This document shows positions 1 to 10,261 of a stretch of 64,000 bases of DNA, piece after piece. The translations under genes were made by a program, and so were the position numbers. How positions within the stretch are numbered: the stretch's first letter is position 1; each line of letters starts with the position of its first letter. The stretch is taken from the sequence record DRR723986_2443; one strand, written 5' to 3'. The notes beneath the pieces are model-generated. The model was not told where the DNA came from and searched no databases. It worked only from the letters and a program-made list of their open reading frames with translations.

Positions 1-7
1 AGAGTTA

Positions 8-946
8 TTGGCGCAATCAGGCATAGAGCAGGGCCTTTTGTCTGACCCAGAAAGCCGTATTGAGCTTCGTCAATATTTCCAGCTGTTTAGAGTAGCGGAG
101 CGGCTAACGGGAAACAGTGATGTCGCCCTATATGCGGGTAGAATTGGTTATCTCACCGGATTAAATCTTCAGCTTTACATGGCCACCATCTGCCATAATT
201 TCCGAGACTATTTAAACTTGATGCCCAGTGTGCTCAAGATGTGGGGCGACATCGGTGAGGTTAAGATACAAGCGGTTGGCGATTTGATCCGACTTGAATG
301 GCACCCAACCGTAAAGGCTTCAAGGTCGGAACGATTTTTGACCGATGTTATGCTGGCGGCATCCGCTGCTATCGTCGACAGCCTGTGTGTCATGCCGGTT
401 CCTGTGAGGCGTACAAGCTTAAGCTATGCCAAACCCGCACAAACTGAACTGCTACACCAGTTATTTGGTGAAAAAATTGACTATGACGCTGATATCAGCT
501 GTTTATATTTTGATCGTGCATCGCTTGATTTTCCGCTCGTAAAACAAAATTATCAGGGTGCTATGGGTACACGGAGCGGTGCCATTCCCTTCGCAGATCT
601 TTTTGACGGTAAGGACCCTAGCGATAAATTTTGGTCGCAGTTGCGCCAATCAATCATGCGAGCATTGCCTCTCGGTGACTTGAGTGTTGGCGATGTGGCG
701 TCAGATATGAATATGTCTCAGCGGACGCTGCAGCGGCGGCTTTTAAAGCGAAACACATGCTTCCGCGATGAAGTGCGGGATATCCGGTCCCAATTGGCGG
801 TTCGCTATATGGCTGACCCGGAAGTCAGCGTGACAGAAGCCGCTTTTCTACTTGGCTATAGTGACCAAGGGGCTTTCTCAAACGCCTTTAAGGCATGGCA
901 TAATTGTGCCCCATCAGAATTTCGCAGCAAAAATGGTTTGGCGTAA
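8..946 (+). CDS. AraC-family transcriptional regulator (OruR-like N-domain + HTH_18); probably 5'-truncated by window edge
   Basis: C-terminal double HTH (VASDMNMSQRTLQRRL ... AAFLLGYSDQGAFSNAFKAW). Frame is open back to position 2. Confidence 0.9.
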   Translation: MAQSGIEQGLLSDPESRIELRQYFQLFRVAERLTGNSDVALYAGRIGYLTGLNLQLYMATICHNFRDYLNLMPSVLKMWGDIGEVKIQAVGDLIRLEWHPTVKASRSERFLTDVMLAASAAIVDSLCVMPVPVRRTSLSYAKPAQTELLHQLFGEKIDYDADISCLYFDRASLDFPLVKQNYQGAMGTRSGAIPFADLFDGKDPSDKFWSQLRQSIMRALPLGDLSVGDVASDMNMSQRTLQRRLLKRNTCFRDEVRDIRSQLAVRYMADPEVSVTEAAFLLGYSDQGAFSNAFKAWHNCAPSEFRSKNGLA

Positions 947-996
947 AAAATATTATTTTGGCGCAAAATAACATGAATATCTGTCGTGTTTCGCAT
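937..996 (+). promoter_or_regulatory. Candidate AraC-type direct-repeat binding site upstream of the atu-like operon
   Basis: TTTGGCG at 937 and 957, and TGTCG at 982 (20-23 bp spacing), directly after the AraC gene. Confidence 0.3.
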
Positions 997-1040
997 ATCT
1001 TTCTTTAAACAGGACTATTTTGAGCCGGGAGGATGCGTGT

Positions 1041-2213
1041 ATGGCGCTGGATTTTGATAGTGCACAATTGCCAAACCCCTACCTAACTGATGACCATCTG
1101 GCATGGCGAGATCAACTACGTCGATTTTTCGATAAAGAGGTTATGCCTTTCGCTGCCGATTGGGACGAAGAGGGTGCCATTCCGCCGGAGCTTTGGACCA
1201 AGTCTGCTGAAATGGGCATTTTGGGTTTGGGCTATCCGGAAGAGTTTGGCGGCACGTTTGACGGTATTGATATTTGGCACAAAAATATCCTTAATGAAGA
1301 GCTTGCGCGTGTTGGTGTTGGCGGTGTTGCCGCCACCTTAATGGTACACGGTATTGGCCTGCCGCCCGTGGTGAATTTTGCACAAGACCATATCAAGCAG
1401 GAAGTTGTGCCTGCTGTGCTTAGTGGTAAAAAACGGATTTCCCTTGGCATCACTGAACCCGGTGCGGGTTCTGACGTAGCGCAGTTAGCCACAACGGCAC
1501 GGCGTGAGGGCGACCATTATATCGTCAATGGTTCCAAAACTTTTATCACCGGCGGTATGAACGCAAACTGGGTAACCACAGCCGTGCGCACCGGCGGCGA
1601 CGGGGCAGGCGGTGTTTCCACATTGCTTATACCCACAGACGCCGAAGGTTTCTCTCGCACGGCACTTGATAAAAAGCAGGGTTGGTGGGCGTCGGACACG
1701 GCCACCTTATATTTTGACAATGTGCGCGTGCCAGTTGACCACTTAATCGGCGGCGAAAACCAGGGCTTTGCCGTGATTATGCGCAATTTCAATAGTGAGC
1801 GTATGGCCATGTCTGTCTCAATGGCGGGTTCTGCGCGTGTGTGCCTTGAAGAAGCGGCGGCGTGGGCGCGTGAGCGCAAAACATTTGGCAAGCGCTTGGC
1901 TGACCATCAAGTTATCCGCCACAAAATTGCCGATATGAAAATGCGCATAAATGCCACAGATGCATACATTCAGGCCATCTCAAAACAGTTGGCTGACGGT
2001 GTTGAGCCAGCCGGTGATATTGCGCTTCTTAAGGTGCAATGCAGTCAAACCATGGAATATTGCGCCCGTGAGGCCATGCAGGTTCTCGGTGGTATTGGCT
2101 ACATGCGTGGTGGCCGTGTTGAGCGCATTTACCGAGAAGTGCGCGTAAATGCCATCGGCGGTGGGTCTGAAGAAATTATGCGTGATCTGGCCGCGCGCCA
2201 GTATGGGCTTTGA
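1041..2213 (+). CDS. Acyl-CoA dehydrogenase
   Basis: ITEPGAGSD, NGSKTFIT, ERKTFGK, IGGGSEEIM motifs. ATG at 1041 follows GGAGG (ORF track starts at 1020). Confidence 0.93.
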   Translation: MALDFDSAQLPNPYLTDDHLAWRDQLRRFFDKEVMPFAADWDEEGAIPPELWTKSAEMGILGLGYPEEFGGTFDGIDIWHKNILNEELARVGVGGVAATLMVHGIGLPPVVNFAQDHIKQEVVPAVLSGKKRISLGITEPGAGSDVAQLATTARREGDHYIVNGSKTFITGGMNANWVTTAVRTGGDGAGGVSTLLIPTDAEGFSRTALDKKQGWWASDTATLYFDNVRVPVDHLIGGENQGFAVIMRNFNSERMAMSVSMAGSARVCLEEAAAWARERKTFGKRLADHQVIRHKIADMKMRINATDAYIQAISKQLADGVEPAGDIALLKVQCSQTMEYCAREAMQVLGGIGYMRGGRVERIYREVRVNAIGGGSEEIMRDLAARQYGL

Positions 2214-2235
2214 GCATGCCATGGAAGGAAAAAAT

Positions 2236-2865
2236 ATGAAGCTTTGGCACTGTCATAACGCGCGCTCGCTTCGCCCCCTGTGGGCACTCGAAGAAATGGG
2301 TTTTGACTATGAACTGGAAATACTGCCGTTTCCGCCGCGGATGTTTAAAAAGGAATTTTTAGGCGTAAATTCGTTGGGCACAGTGCCATTCTTCCAAGAC
2401 GGTGATGTCACCATGACCGAGTCTTCCGGCATTTGCCATTATCTGGTTGAGAAATATCAGCAGGATGCTTTCGGCGTGGCAGTAGACCACCCTGAATACG
2501 GTGACTATTTGAATTGGTTGTACCACAGCGATGCCACGCTGACGTTCCCGCAAACCATCGTACTGCGCTACACCATGCTTGAGCAGGGTGACCGGCGGTT
2601 ACCTCAAGCAGCTGAAGACTATGCCGCCTGGTTCATTGCCCGCCTGCGGCGATTAGATGCTCACATTATCGACCGTGAATTTTTGTGTGCCAATAAATTT
2701 ACTATCGCTGATATCGCCGTTGGCTATGCGCTGCATTTGGGCCAGTCATTGGGTTTGGACGCGCGCTATTCTGATCAAGTTAAAGACTATCTGGCAAGGC
2801 TGCAGGCGCGTCCAGCTTTCCAGAAAACAGTGGTTATGGGTGCTGAATTAAGCCCGTTTAAATAG
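2236..2865 (+). CDS. Glutathione S-transferase family protein
   Basis: MKLWHCHNARSLRPLWALEEMG N-terminus; NSLGTVP and TESSGI G-site motifs; FTIADI C-domain motif. Confidence 0.9.
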   Translation: MKLWHCHNARSLRPLWALEEMGFDYELEILPFPPRMFKKEFLGVNSLGTVPFFQDGDVTMTESSGICHYLVEKYQQDAFGVAVDHPEYGDYLNWLYHSDATLTFPQTIVLRYTMLEQGDRRLPQAAEDYAAWFIARLRRLDAHIIDREFLCANKFTIADIAVGYALHLGQSLGLDARYSDQVKDYLARLQARPAFQKTVVMGAELSPFK

Positions 2866-2874
2866 GAATATTTC

Positions 2875-4035
2875 ATGCGTTTTACCGAAGAACATCACGC
2901 GATCCGCAAGACCATGTCCTCCTTTATTGACAAGGAAGTGAACCCTTACGTTGATGAATGGGAGGCGGAGGGCATTTTCCCGGCTCATATGCTTTTCAAG
3001 AAATTGGGCGACTTGGGCATGCTGGGCATCCATAAGCCTGAAGAGTATGGTGGCCTGGGGTTAGACTATAGCTACCAAATTGTTTTCACCGAGGAAATTG
3101 GCCGTATTCGGTGCGGCGGTGTGCCGATGGCGATCGGTGTGCAAACTGATATGGCGACACCTGCCTTGGCGCGATTTGGCAGCGACGAACTAAGGCGCGA
3201 TTTCTTGGCACCGTCGATTACGGGCGATGCAGTATTTGCACTCGGCGTTAGTGAACCACACGCGGGCTCAGACGTTGCGGCCATCAAAACCACTGCCCGC
3301 AAGGACGGCGATGATTACATCATCAATGGCACGAAAATGTGGATTACCAATTCCACCCAGGCCGATTATATTTGCTTGCTGGTTAACACCAGCGATGATG
3401 CCATGCATAAAAACAAATCTTTGGTGGTGGTGCCAACAAACACGCCGGGCATAAGCTTCTCTGACAGGCTGAATAAGCTGGGTATGCGGTCCAGCGATAC
3501 GGCCCAGATTTTCTTTGATGATGTAAGGGTGCCGCAGCGTTACCGCATTGGTGCAGAGGGCGCGGGCTTCACGTACCAAATGCAGCAATTTCAGGAAGAA
3601 CGTTTGTTTGCCGCCGCCAATGTGCTCAAGGGCTTGGAAAGCAATATCAACGATACAATTGACTATGCACGGGATCGTAAAGCTTTCGGTCAATCTATTC
3701 TCGACAATCAGGTTGTGCATTTCCGACTTGCTGAATTGCAAACCGAGGTCGAGCTGTTGCGGGCTTTGGTTTACGATGCAGTTGAAGGCTATGTGAACGG
3801 CGACGATGTAACCCGGAAAGCCTCAATGGCAAAGCTAAAGGCGGGGCGTTTGGCTCGGGAAGTAACCGACAGTTGCCTGCAATATTGGGGCGGTATGGGC
3901 TTCATGTGGGACAACCCCGTTGCTCGTTCTTATAGAGACACACGGTTAGCGTCCATCGGTGGCGGTGCTGATGAAGTAATGCTGGGTATAATCTGTAAAT
4001 ATATGAACATTATGCCGTCGCGGCATCGTGATTAG
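2875..4035 (+). CDS. atuD: Acyl-CoA dehydrogenase, citronellyl-CoA dehydrogenase-like
   Basis: ACAD motifs (VSEPHAGSD, IGGGADE); GVPMAIGVQTDMATPAL segment resembles AtuD; atu context. Confidence 0.8.
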   Translation: MRFTEEHHAIRKTMSSFIDKEVNPYVDEWEAEGIFPAHMLFKKLGDLGMLGIHKPEEYGGLGLDYSYQIVFTEEIGRIRCGGVPMAIGVQTDMATPALARFGSDELRRDFLAPSITGDAVFALGVSEPHAGSDVAAIKTTARKDGDDYIINGTKMWITNSTQADYICLLVNTSDDAMHKNKSLVVVPTNTPGISFSDRLNKLGMRSSDTAQIFFDDVRVPQRYRIGAEGAGFTYQMQQFQEERLFAAANVLKGLESNINDTIDYARDRKAFGQSILDNQVVHFRLAELQTEVELLRALVYDAVEGYVNGDDVTRKASMAKLKAGRLAREVTDSCLQYWGGMGFMWDNPVARSYRDTRLASIGGGADEVMLGIICKYMNIMPSRHRD

Positions 4036-4049
4036 GTTGGGGCAAGCCA

Positions 4050-5663
4050 ATGGCAGTATTTGAAACAGAAATTGACCCAAACTCGGCGGCTTATAAAGCC
4101 AACCATGAGATCATGTTGGCGGCGGTTGAAGAATTTCGCGGCATTGAAAAGCTGGTGATCGACAAGGCAGCAGAAAAAGCACCACGTTACATCAAACGCG
4201 GGTTACTGCCGCCGCGCGAGCGATTGACGCTTCTACTTGACCCAGGCGCGCCGTTTCTGGAACTTTCAACCCTGTGTGGCTACATGCAGCAAGGCGATAA
4301 AGACGGCAGCGGTGCTGGCGGTAGCTGCATTGTTGGCATTGGCTATGTTAGCGGCGTGCGCGCCATGGTTATGGTGGATGACTATCTCACCAAGGGCGGA
4401 ACAATTACCGAGCTTGCGGGTAAGAAACGCCGCCGCATGATGGATTTGGCGCTGGAGAATAAGCTGCCGCTGATCACATTGGCGCAGAGCGGTGGTGGCG
4501 ACCTGAAATCATTGGGTGATTGGTTTGGCCCGTCGGGCGGTGGCTTTGCCATGCAAGCCAAGCTCTCGGCGGCGGGCATTCCGCAAATTACCGTTGTACA
4601 CGGCAGCGCTACAGCGGGCGGCGCTTACCAGCCGGGCCTGTCAGACTATGTTGTCATGATCCGCAAGCAATCAACGGTGTACTTGGCGGGTCCACCCTTA
4701 TTGAAGGCGGCAACCGGTGAGATTGCAACGGACGAAGAAATTGGCGGCGCAGAAATGCACAGCGAGGTTGCGGGTACATCAGATTATCTGGCTGAAAACG
4801 ACGCAGACGGTATTCGGATCGCCCGTGAAATTGCAGGTAGTTTGGGGTGGAATGATGGTTTGCCAGAGGGCAACAGCGCTCGCTACGAACAGCCAATCTT
4901 GTCTTCCGAGGATATGCTCGGTTTAGTGCCGACCGACCCTAAAACGCCCTATGATGTGCGCGAGATTATCGCACGCTTGGCAGACGGTTCCGACTATCTT
5001 GATTTTAAAGCCGACTTCGATAGCGGTACCGTATGCGGGCATATAAAAATTGAAGGAAAAACCTGCGGGGTTATTGGTAATAACGGTCCAATAACGGCGC
5101 GCGGGGCTGCCAAGGCAGCCCAGTTTATTCAGCTATGCGAACAATCGGCCACACCGCTTCTCTATCTGCATAATACCACCGGTTTTTTGGTGGGTACGGA
5201 AGCCGAGCAGGCAGGTATTATCAAACACGGCGCTAAGCTTATTCAGGCTGTAACCAACAGCACGGTTCCAGCCATTAGCGTCGTGGTTGGTGGCTCATAC
5301 GGGGCGGGCAATTATGCCATGTGTGGGCGGGGCATGGACCCGCGCTTTATGTTTGCATGGCCACGCAGTGTTGTTTCTGTCATGGGGCCAGCGCAAGCGG
5401 GCAGTGTGATGCGCCAGGTGGGCGAAGCGAAAATGAAACGCCATGATGCGGTTAACCACGACCTGTTGGATGCCATGGAAAAAGATGTGGTCGATACCAT
5501 GGAAGCCAAGTCGCGGGCGCTGGCCAACACTGCCCGGCTTTGGGATGACGGCATCATCGACCCGCGTGATACCCGTGCCATTGTTGCCTTTGTGCTGAGC
5601 GTTTGCCGCGAAGGCGATAATCGCACCCTCAACCCCAATAGCTTTGGCATTGCCCGGCTGTAG
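4050..5663 (+). CDS. atuC: Acyl-CoA carboxylase carboxyltransferase subunit (geranyl-CoA carboxylase beta-like)
   Basis: TAGGAY, AGPPLLKAATGE, GSYGAGNYAMCGR, LWDDGIIDPRDTR; next to atuE/F/A-like genes. Confidence 0.8.
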   Translation: MAVFETEIDPNSAAYKANHEIMLAAVEEFRGIEKLVIDKAAEKAPRYIKRGLLPPRERLTLLLDPGAPFLELSTLCGYMQQGDKDGSGAGGSCIVGIGYVSGVRAMVMVDDYLTKGGTITELAGKKRRRMMDLALENKLPLITLAQSGGGDLKSLGDWFGPSGGGFAMQAKLSAAGIPQITVVHGSATAGGAYQPGLSDYVVMIRKQSTVYLAGPPLLKAATGEIATDEEIGGAEMHSEVAGTSDYLAENDADGIRIAREIAGSLGWNDGLPEGNSARYEQPILSSEDMLGLVPTDPKTPYDVREIIARLADGSDYLDFKADFDSGTVCGHIKIEGKTCGVIGNNGPITARGAAKAAQFIQLCEQSATPLLYLHNTTGFLVGTEAEQAGIIKHGAKLIQAVTNSTVPAISVVVGGSYGAGNYAMCGRGMDPRFMFAWPRSVVSVMGPAQAGSVMRQVGEAKMKRHDAVNHDLLDAMEKDVVDTMEAKSRALANTARLWDDGIIDPRDTRAIVAFVLSVCREGDNRTLNPNSFGIARL

Positions 5664-5686
5664 GCATTTGCCAAGGAGGCTACCTT

Positions 5687-6499
5687 ATGACCTATCCAGA
5701 ATGCGCGGAACTGTTATTGAGTGAAGCCAGTGGTGTTCTGACCATAACGCTTAATCGCCCGCATAAACGAAACGCGATGAATGAGCGGCTTGTGCGTGAA
5801 CTGCGAGATGTTTTCACTGCGATTGAGGGCAACCGAGGTGTGCGCGCGGTGGTTTTGCGCGGCGCTGGGGGCAACTTTTGCGCGGGCGGCGATATTTCGG
5901 GCATGCATGATCAAACTGTCGGCGATGAAGCTGCGGCTGCAAAAGCCATGTGGGAATTTAACCGCAATTTCGGGCGCATGGTCACCCAGGTTAATAAGGC
6001 CCCGCAGGTTGTTATTGCTGTGCTGGAAGGCGTTGTGCTGGGTGGGGGGCTTGGTTTGGCCTGTATCTCCGATGTGGCCATTGCTGATGCAAACGCAAAA
6101 ATGGGCATGCCGGAAACTGGTTTGGGCATTATACCGGCGCAAATTGCGCCGTTTGTGGTTGCGCGTATTGGCATAACAGCAGCGCGTCGGCTTGCCTTGT
6201 TGGGCGATTGGATTGATGGCGCTGAAGCCCAATCACTGGGTGTTGCGCATTATGTAACAGACGGCGCGGAGGCGATGGAGGCCGAACTGGCTTCAGTTTT
6301 GAAAAGACTGAGAAAAACAGCACCGGGTGCCAATGCCCTGACTAAAAAGCTGTTGTTAAGCGTTGGCGACACGGAACATGAAGCATTGCTGGACCAAGCC
6401 GCAGACTGGTTTGCCGAAGCACTAGGCAGCGCTGAGGGTATTGAGGGGACAAAGGCGTTTATTGACAAACGAAAACCCAATTGGGCGGAGGACGCGTGA
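5687..6499 (+). CDS. atuE: Enoyl-CoA hydratase (isohexenylglutaconyl-CoA hydratase-like)
   Basis: Crotonase motifs FCAGGDI, LGGGLGL, MPETGLGIIPAQIAPFV. Confidence 0.8.
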   Translation: MTYPECAELLLSEASGVLTITLNRPHKRNAMNERLVRELRDVFTAIEGNRGVRAVVLRGAGGNFCAGGDISGMHDQTVGDEAAAAKAMWEFNRNFGRMVTQVNKAPQVVIAVLEGVVLGGGLGLACISDVAIADANAKMGMPETGLGIIPAQIAPFVVARIGITAARRLALLGDWIDGAEAQSLGVAHYVTDGAEAMEAELASVLKRLRKTAPGANALTKKLLLSVGDTEHEALLDQAADWFAEALGSAEGIEGTKAFIDKRKPNWAEDA

Positions 6500-6502
6500 G
6501 CC

Positions 6503-8473
6503 ATGAATAAGATACTCATTGCTAACCGCGGCGAAATTGCCGTTCGAGTGATTAAAACAGCCCGGAAACTGGGCTACAGAACGGTTGCCGTTTACAGCGA
6601 AGCCGACGCTCATGCGCTGCATACAAAGCTGGCTGATGAAGCCGTTTGCGTTGGCCCCGCACCGGTTGGCGAAAGCTATTTGGTGATAGAAAATATTCTT
6701 GATGCCGCTGTAAAAACCGGTGCTGATGCAGTGCACCCAGGGTATGGGTTTCTGTCAGAAAATGCCCGTTTTGCGCGTGCATGCGCTGATGCTGATTTAA
6801 TCTTTATTGGCCCAAGCGCTGATGCCATTGAGTTAATGGGAAGCAAGCGCCTATCAAAAATTGCAATGCTAAAGGCAGGTGTCCCCTGTGTGCCAGGTTA
6901 TGAGGGTGCCGAGCAAAGTAATGATGTTTTTACAAGCGAGGCCGAAAAAATTGGCTATCCATTGATGATTAAAGCATCTGCGGGCGGTGGTGGTCGTGGC
7001 ATGCGGTTGGTTGAAAACCCAGGCGATTTAATAGAGCAACTGAGAGCCGCGCGGTCAGAAGCGCTTAATGCTTTCGGTAGCGATGAATTGATTCTTGAGA
7101 AAGCTATTATCGAACCACGCCACATCGAATTTCAGATGTTTGGTGACAAACACGGAAACTGCGTTCATTTGTTCGAGCGGGATTGTTCTATCCAGCGCCG
7201 CCACCAAAAGGTAATTGAAGAAGCTCCAAGCCCGTTTATGACCGAAGAACTGCGTGCGCGCATGGGAGCTGCAGCGGTTAATGCCGCCAAGGCCTGCGAT
7301 TATGTTGGTGCTGGCACAGTTGAATTTTTGGTTGATGCTGACCGTAATTTCTATTTCCTCGAGATGAATACCCGACTTCAAGTAGAACACCCTGTAACAG
7401 AGATGGTCACCGGGCTGGATTTGGTTGAGTGGCAAATGTGTGTGGCAGAAGGCAACGCTTTACCGCTTTCGCAAGGCGAAGTGGCCCTGAAAGGGCATGC
7501 GATTGAAGCGCGATTATACACGGAAGACCCGCGACAAGATTTTCTGCCTCAAACTGGCACAGCCGAAGTGTGGCAGGAACCTACCGGCACTGATAAGCAT
7601 GTACGCATTGATGTCGGTATTGCATCAGGGCAGACAATAAGTCCCTATTATGACCCGATGGTCGCGAAAGTAATATGCTGGGGCAATGACCGTAAAGTTG
7701 CTGCACGCAAGCTTGCCGGGGCGCTAGACGATACGAAGCTAATCGGCGTGGCGTCTAACAAGGTGTTTCTTAGCAATATACTGCGATCACCCCCCTTTTT
7801 GGGCGACGATGTAACGACCGCCTTCATTGAGAAGCATTTTTCTAGCGACGCCAGCATGCAGAAGGGTGCAATCGATACCAAGACGATTGCGCGTGCAGCA
7901 TTGATTTCTTTCGTTCAACGGAGCTTAGAACCTCAAGGGTGGGGCAGTGCTGCGGGCGAATGCGCGCATTTTCTATTTGAGGTGAACGGCGAGCGTGTGC
8001 AGGCGAAGGTTGTAAGGCGTGGCCCACAATATAGCATTGATGCTGGCGGTACGAATATCGACGTTGAATTGGTCTCTATAGCGGCGAATGAATGTACTCT
8101 TGTTGAAAACAGTGTTCGCCGAAACTTTGCTTTTGCCCAAAATGGCAAGACCATATTTCTCGAGGCCGAAAACGGTCATGCAGTAGTCAAAAATGTAACA
8201 CACCAACCCGCCACAGTGTCAGGGTCTGCGGGGGACGGCAGAATTAAAGCCCCGATGGACGGTGCCATTATTGAAGTGCGCGTCGGTGAAGGCGATAATG
8301 TAAAGCTCGGCGATATACTCGTGGTTATGGAAGCCATGAAGATGGAACATTCCCTTAAAGCCGACTTTGAAGGCAATATCGAGGCCATTTCCGTCGCAGT
8401 GGGTGACCAAGTAAAAAGCAAGCAAGTTGTGGCTGTTGTGCAGGCACAAACCAATGGTGAGGAAACGTTATGA
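6503..8473 (+). CDS. atuF: Biotin carboxylase/biotin-carrier subunit (geranyl-CoA carboxylase alpha-like)
   Basis: IANRGEIA, HPGYGFLSEN, GGGGRGM, EMNTRLQVEH; biotinylation motif EAMKMEH. Confidence 0.85.
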   Translation: MNKILIANRGEIAVRVIKTARKLGYRTVAVYSEADAHALHTKLADEAVCVGPAPVGESYLVIENILDAAVKTGADAVHPGYGFLSENARFARACADADLIFIGPSADAIELMGSKRLSKIAMLKAGVPCVPGYEGAEQSNDVFTSEAEKIGYPLMIKASAGGGGRGMRLVENPGDLIEQLRAARSEALNAFGSDELILEKAIIEPRHIEFQMFGDKHGNCVHLFERDCSIQRRHQKVIEEAPSPFMTEELRARMGAAAVNAAKACDYVGAGTVEFLVDADRNFYFLEMNTRLQVEHPVTEMVTGLDLVEWQMCVAEGNALPLSQGEVALKGHAIEARLYTEDPRQDFLPQTGTAEVWQEPTGTDKHVRIDVGIASGQTISPYYDPMVAKVICWGNDRKVAARKLAGALDDTKLIGVASNKVFLSNILRSPPFLGDDVTTAFIEKHFSSDASMQKGAIDTKTIARAALISFVQRSLEPQGWGSAAGECAHFLFEVNGERVQAKVVRRGPQYSIDAGGTNIDVELVSIAANECTLVENSVRRNFAFAQNGKTIFLEAENGHAVVKNVTHQPATVSGSAGDGRIKAPMDGAIIEVRVGEGDNVKLGDILVVMEAMKMEHSLKADFEGNIEAISVAVGDQVKSKQVVAVVQAQTNGEETL

Positions 8474-10254
8474 CCGATAAGAAAGTGCGCATCGGCGGGG
8501 CCTCCGCTTTCTACGGCGACAGCCAGTTAGCCACAAGGCAGTTGGTAGACAAAGGCGCGGTTGACTATCTGGTTTTTGACTATCTTGCTGAAGTAACGAT
8601 GGCGATTTTAGCGCGGGCGCACATGCGCGACCCACAATTTGGCTACGCGGTTGATTTTGTTACAGTTGCGATGAAAGATGTGCTTGCGGATTGTGCCAAA
8701 AAGGGCATCAAAATTATCGCCAATGCAGGCGGTGTGAATGTGCCGGGCTGTATTGATGCCCTGCGGCAACTTGCAGATGCGCAAGGGTTGAATCTCACAA
8801 TTGCAGGCGTTTACGGCGATGACTTGTCCAGTCGCACAGTTGACATTGCTGCAGCAGGCTTGCCGGACATAGACAGCGGCGAGGCGTTGCCCGAAAAGCT
8901 CGCCAGCATCAACGCCTATTTGGGTGCAAAACCAATCGCTGATGCCTTGGCTTCTGGTGCAGATATTGTGGTGACAGGCCGTGTGGTTGACAGTGCTGTT
9001 GTGCTTGGTCCGCTTATTCATGAATTTAGCTGGTCAATGAAAGACTACGACAAATTGGCGCAAGGGTCGCTGGCAGGCCACGTGCTCGAGTGCGGCGCGC
9101 AGTGCGCAGGTGGCAATTTTACCGATTGGCATTTGGTGCCAGATTATTCTGATATCAGCTACCCTGTGGCGGAGGTGTCAGATGGCGGTGAATTTACCGT
9201 TGAGATTCCACCGGGCACCGGTGGCATGATCACACGTGCCACGGTCGGTGAGCAGATATTGTATGAAATTGGCGATCCGGCGAATTATCTGCTGCCAGAT
9301 GTTGCTTGCGATTTCAGTGGTGTCTCTCTCTCGGAAGTAGGCAAAGACAAACTAATGGTGAGTGGTGCGAAAGGCCGCGCACCGGGGCCAGACTATAAAG
9401 TATGCGCCACCTACATTGATGGCTACCGCTTAATGGGTTGTTATTTTATTGCAGGACCCCGTGCGGCAGAAAAAGCGCGTACAGGCGCTGAAGCTTGGGT
9501 TAAACGCGTGCAAAAAGCCTTTGTTAACCGCGGAATCGCAGACTTCAGGGATGTATCAATTGAGATTATTGGTACGGAGAGTGTTTATGGACCTCATGCC
9601 CGTGCATCAGATACGCGGGAAGTTATGTGCAAGTTTGGCCTGCATCATGATGATAAACGAGCGCTTGCTTTCGCTTCCGCAGAGTTGGCGTATCTTGGTA
9701 CGTCTGGCACGCCGGGAATGTCGGGCCTCGGCGGAGGACGAGTGAAGCCGCAACCATTGATGCGTATTCATTCTGGCCTGATATCTAAAGCCGATGTGTT
9801 GGTAAAAGTTCAGGTGGGCGATGACCTTATCACCGAAGCAATTTACGATGTGGGAGAAAGCTCAGAAACCGCGCAATGCCCGACTATGCCTGCCGAGCAA
9901 GCATTAGTTACAGAAAATTGGGTTGAAGTGCCTCTGGAAAAATTGGCTTACGCACGCAGTGGTGACAAAGGTAATAAGGCCAATATTGGTATCATGGCAC
10001 GCGAGGATCGGTTCATTGCCATTCTGGAGCATCAAGTTACTGCGGACAAAGTTGCAGAGTATTTTGCCCATGCCATGACAGGCACAGTGACACGGTTCGC
10101 TTTGCCAGGTTTTGGGGCCTTTAACTTCTTGCTCACAGAAGCATTGGGCGGCGGGGCAACGGCTTCCGTTCGCATGGACACGCAAGGCAAAGCCTACGGC
10201 CAGATGTTATTGTCATTGCCGGTAAAAGTTCCCGCTGATTGGGGCCTGTTATAA
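8470..10254 (+). CDS. atuA: Acyclic terpene utilization AtuA-family protein (DUF1446)
   Basis: YGDS...DYLVFDYLAEVTM, GHVLECGAQ, ARSGDKG, DTQGKAYGQ signatures. Confidence 0.9.
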   Translation: MTDKKVRIGGASAFYGDSQLATRQLVDKGAVDYLVFDYLAEVTMAILARAHMRDPQFGYAVDFVTVAMKDVLADCAKKGIKIIANAGGVNVPGCIDALRQLADAQGLNLTIAGVYGDDLSSRTVDIAAAGLPDIDSGEALPEKLASINAYLGAKPIADALASGADIVVTGRVVDSAVVLGPLIHEFSWSMKDYDKLAQGSLAGHVLECGAQCAGGNFTDWHLVPDYSDISYPVAEVSDGGEFTVEIPPGTGGMITRATVGEQILYEIGDPANYLLPDVACDFSGVSLSEVGKDKLMVSGAKGRAPGPDYKVCATYIDGYRLMGCYFIAGPRAAEKARTGAEAWVKRVQKAFVNRGIADFRDVSIEIIGTESVYGPHARASDTREVMCKFGLHHDDKRALAFASAELAYLGTSGTPGMSGLGGGRVKPQPLMRIHSGLISKADVLVKVQVGDDLITEAIYDVGESSETAQCPTMPAEQALVTENWVEVPLEKLAYARSGDKGNKANIGIMAREDRFIAILEHQVTADKVAEYFAHAMTGTVTRFALPGFGAFNFLLTEALGGGATASVRMDTQGKAYGQMLLSLPVKVPADWGLL

Positions 10255-10261
10255 TTTAGGC

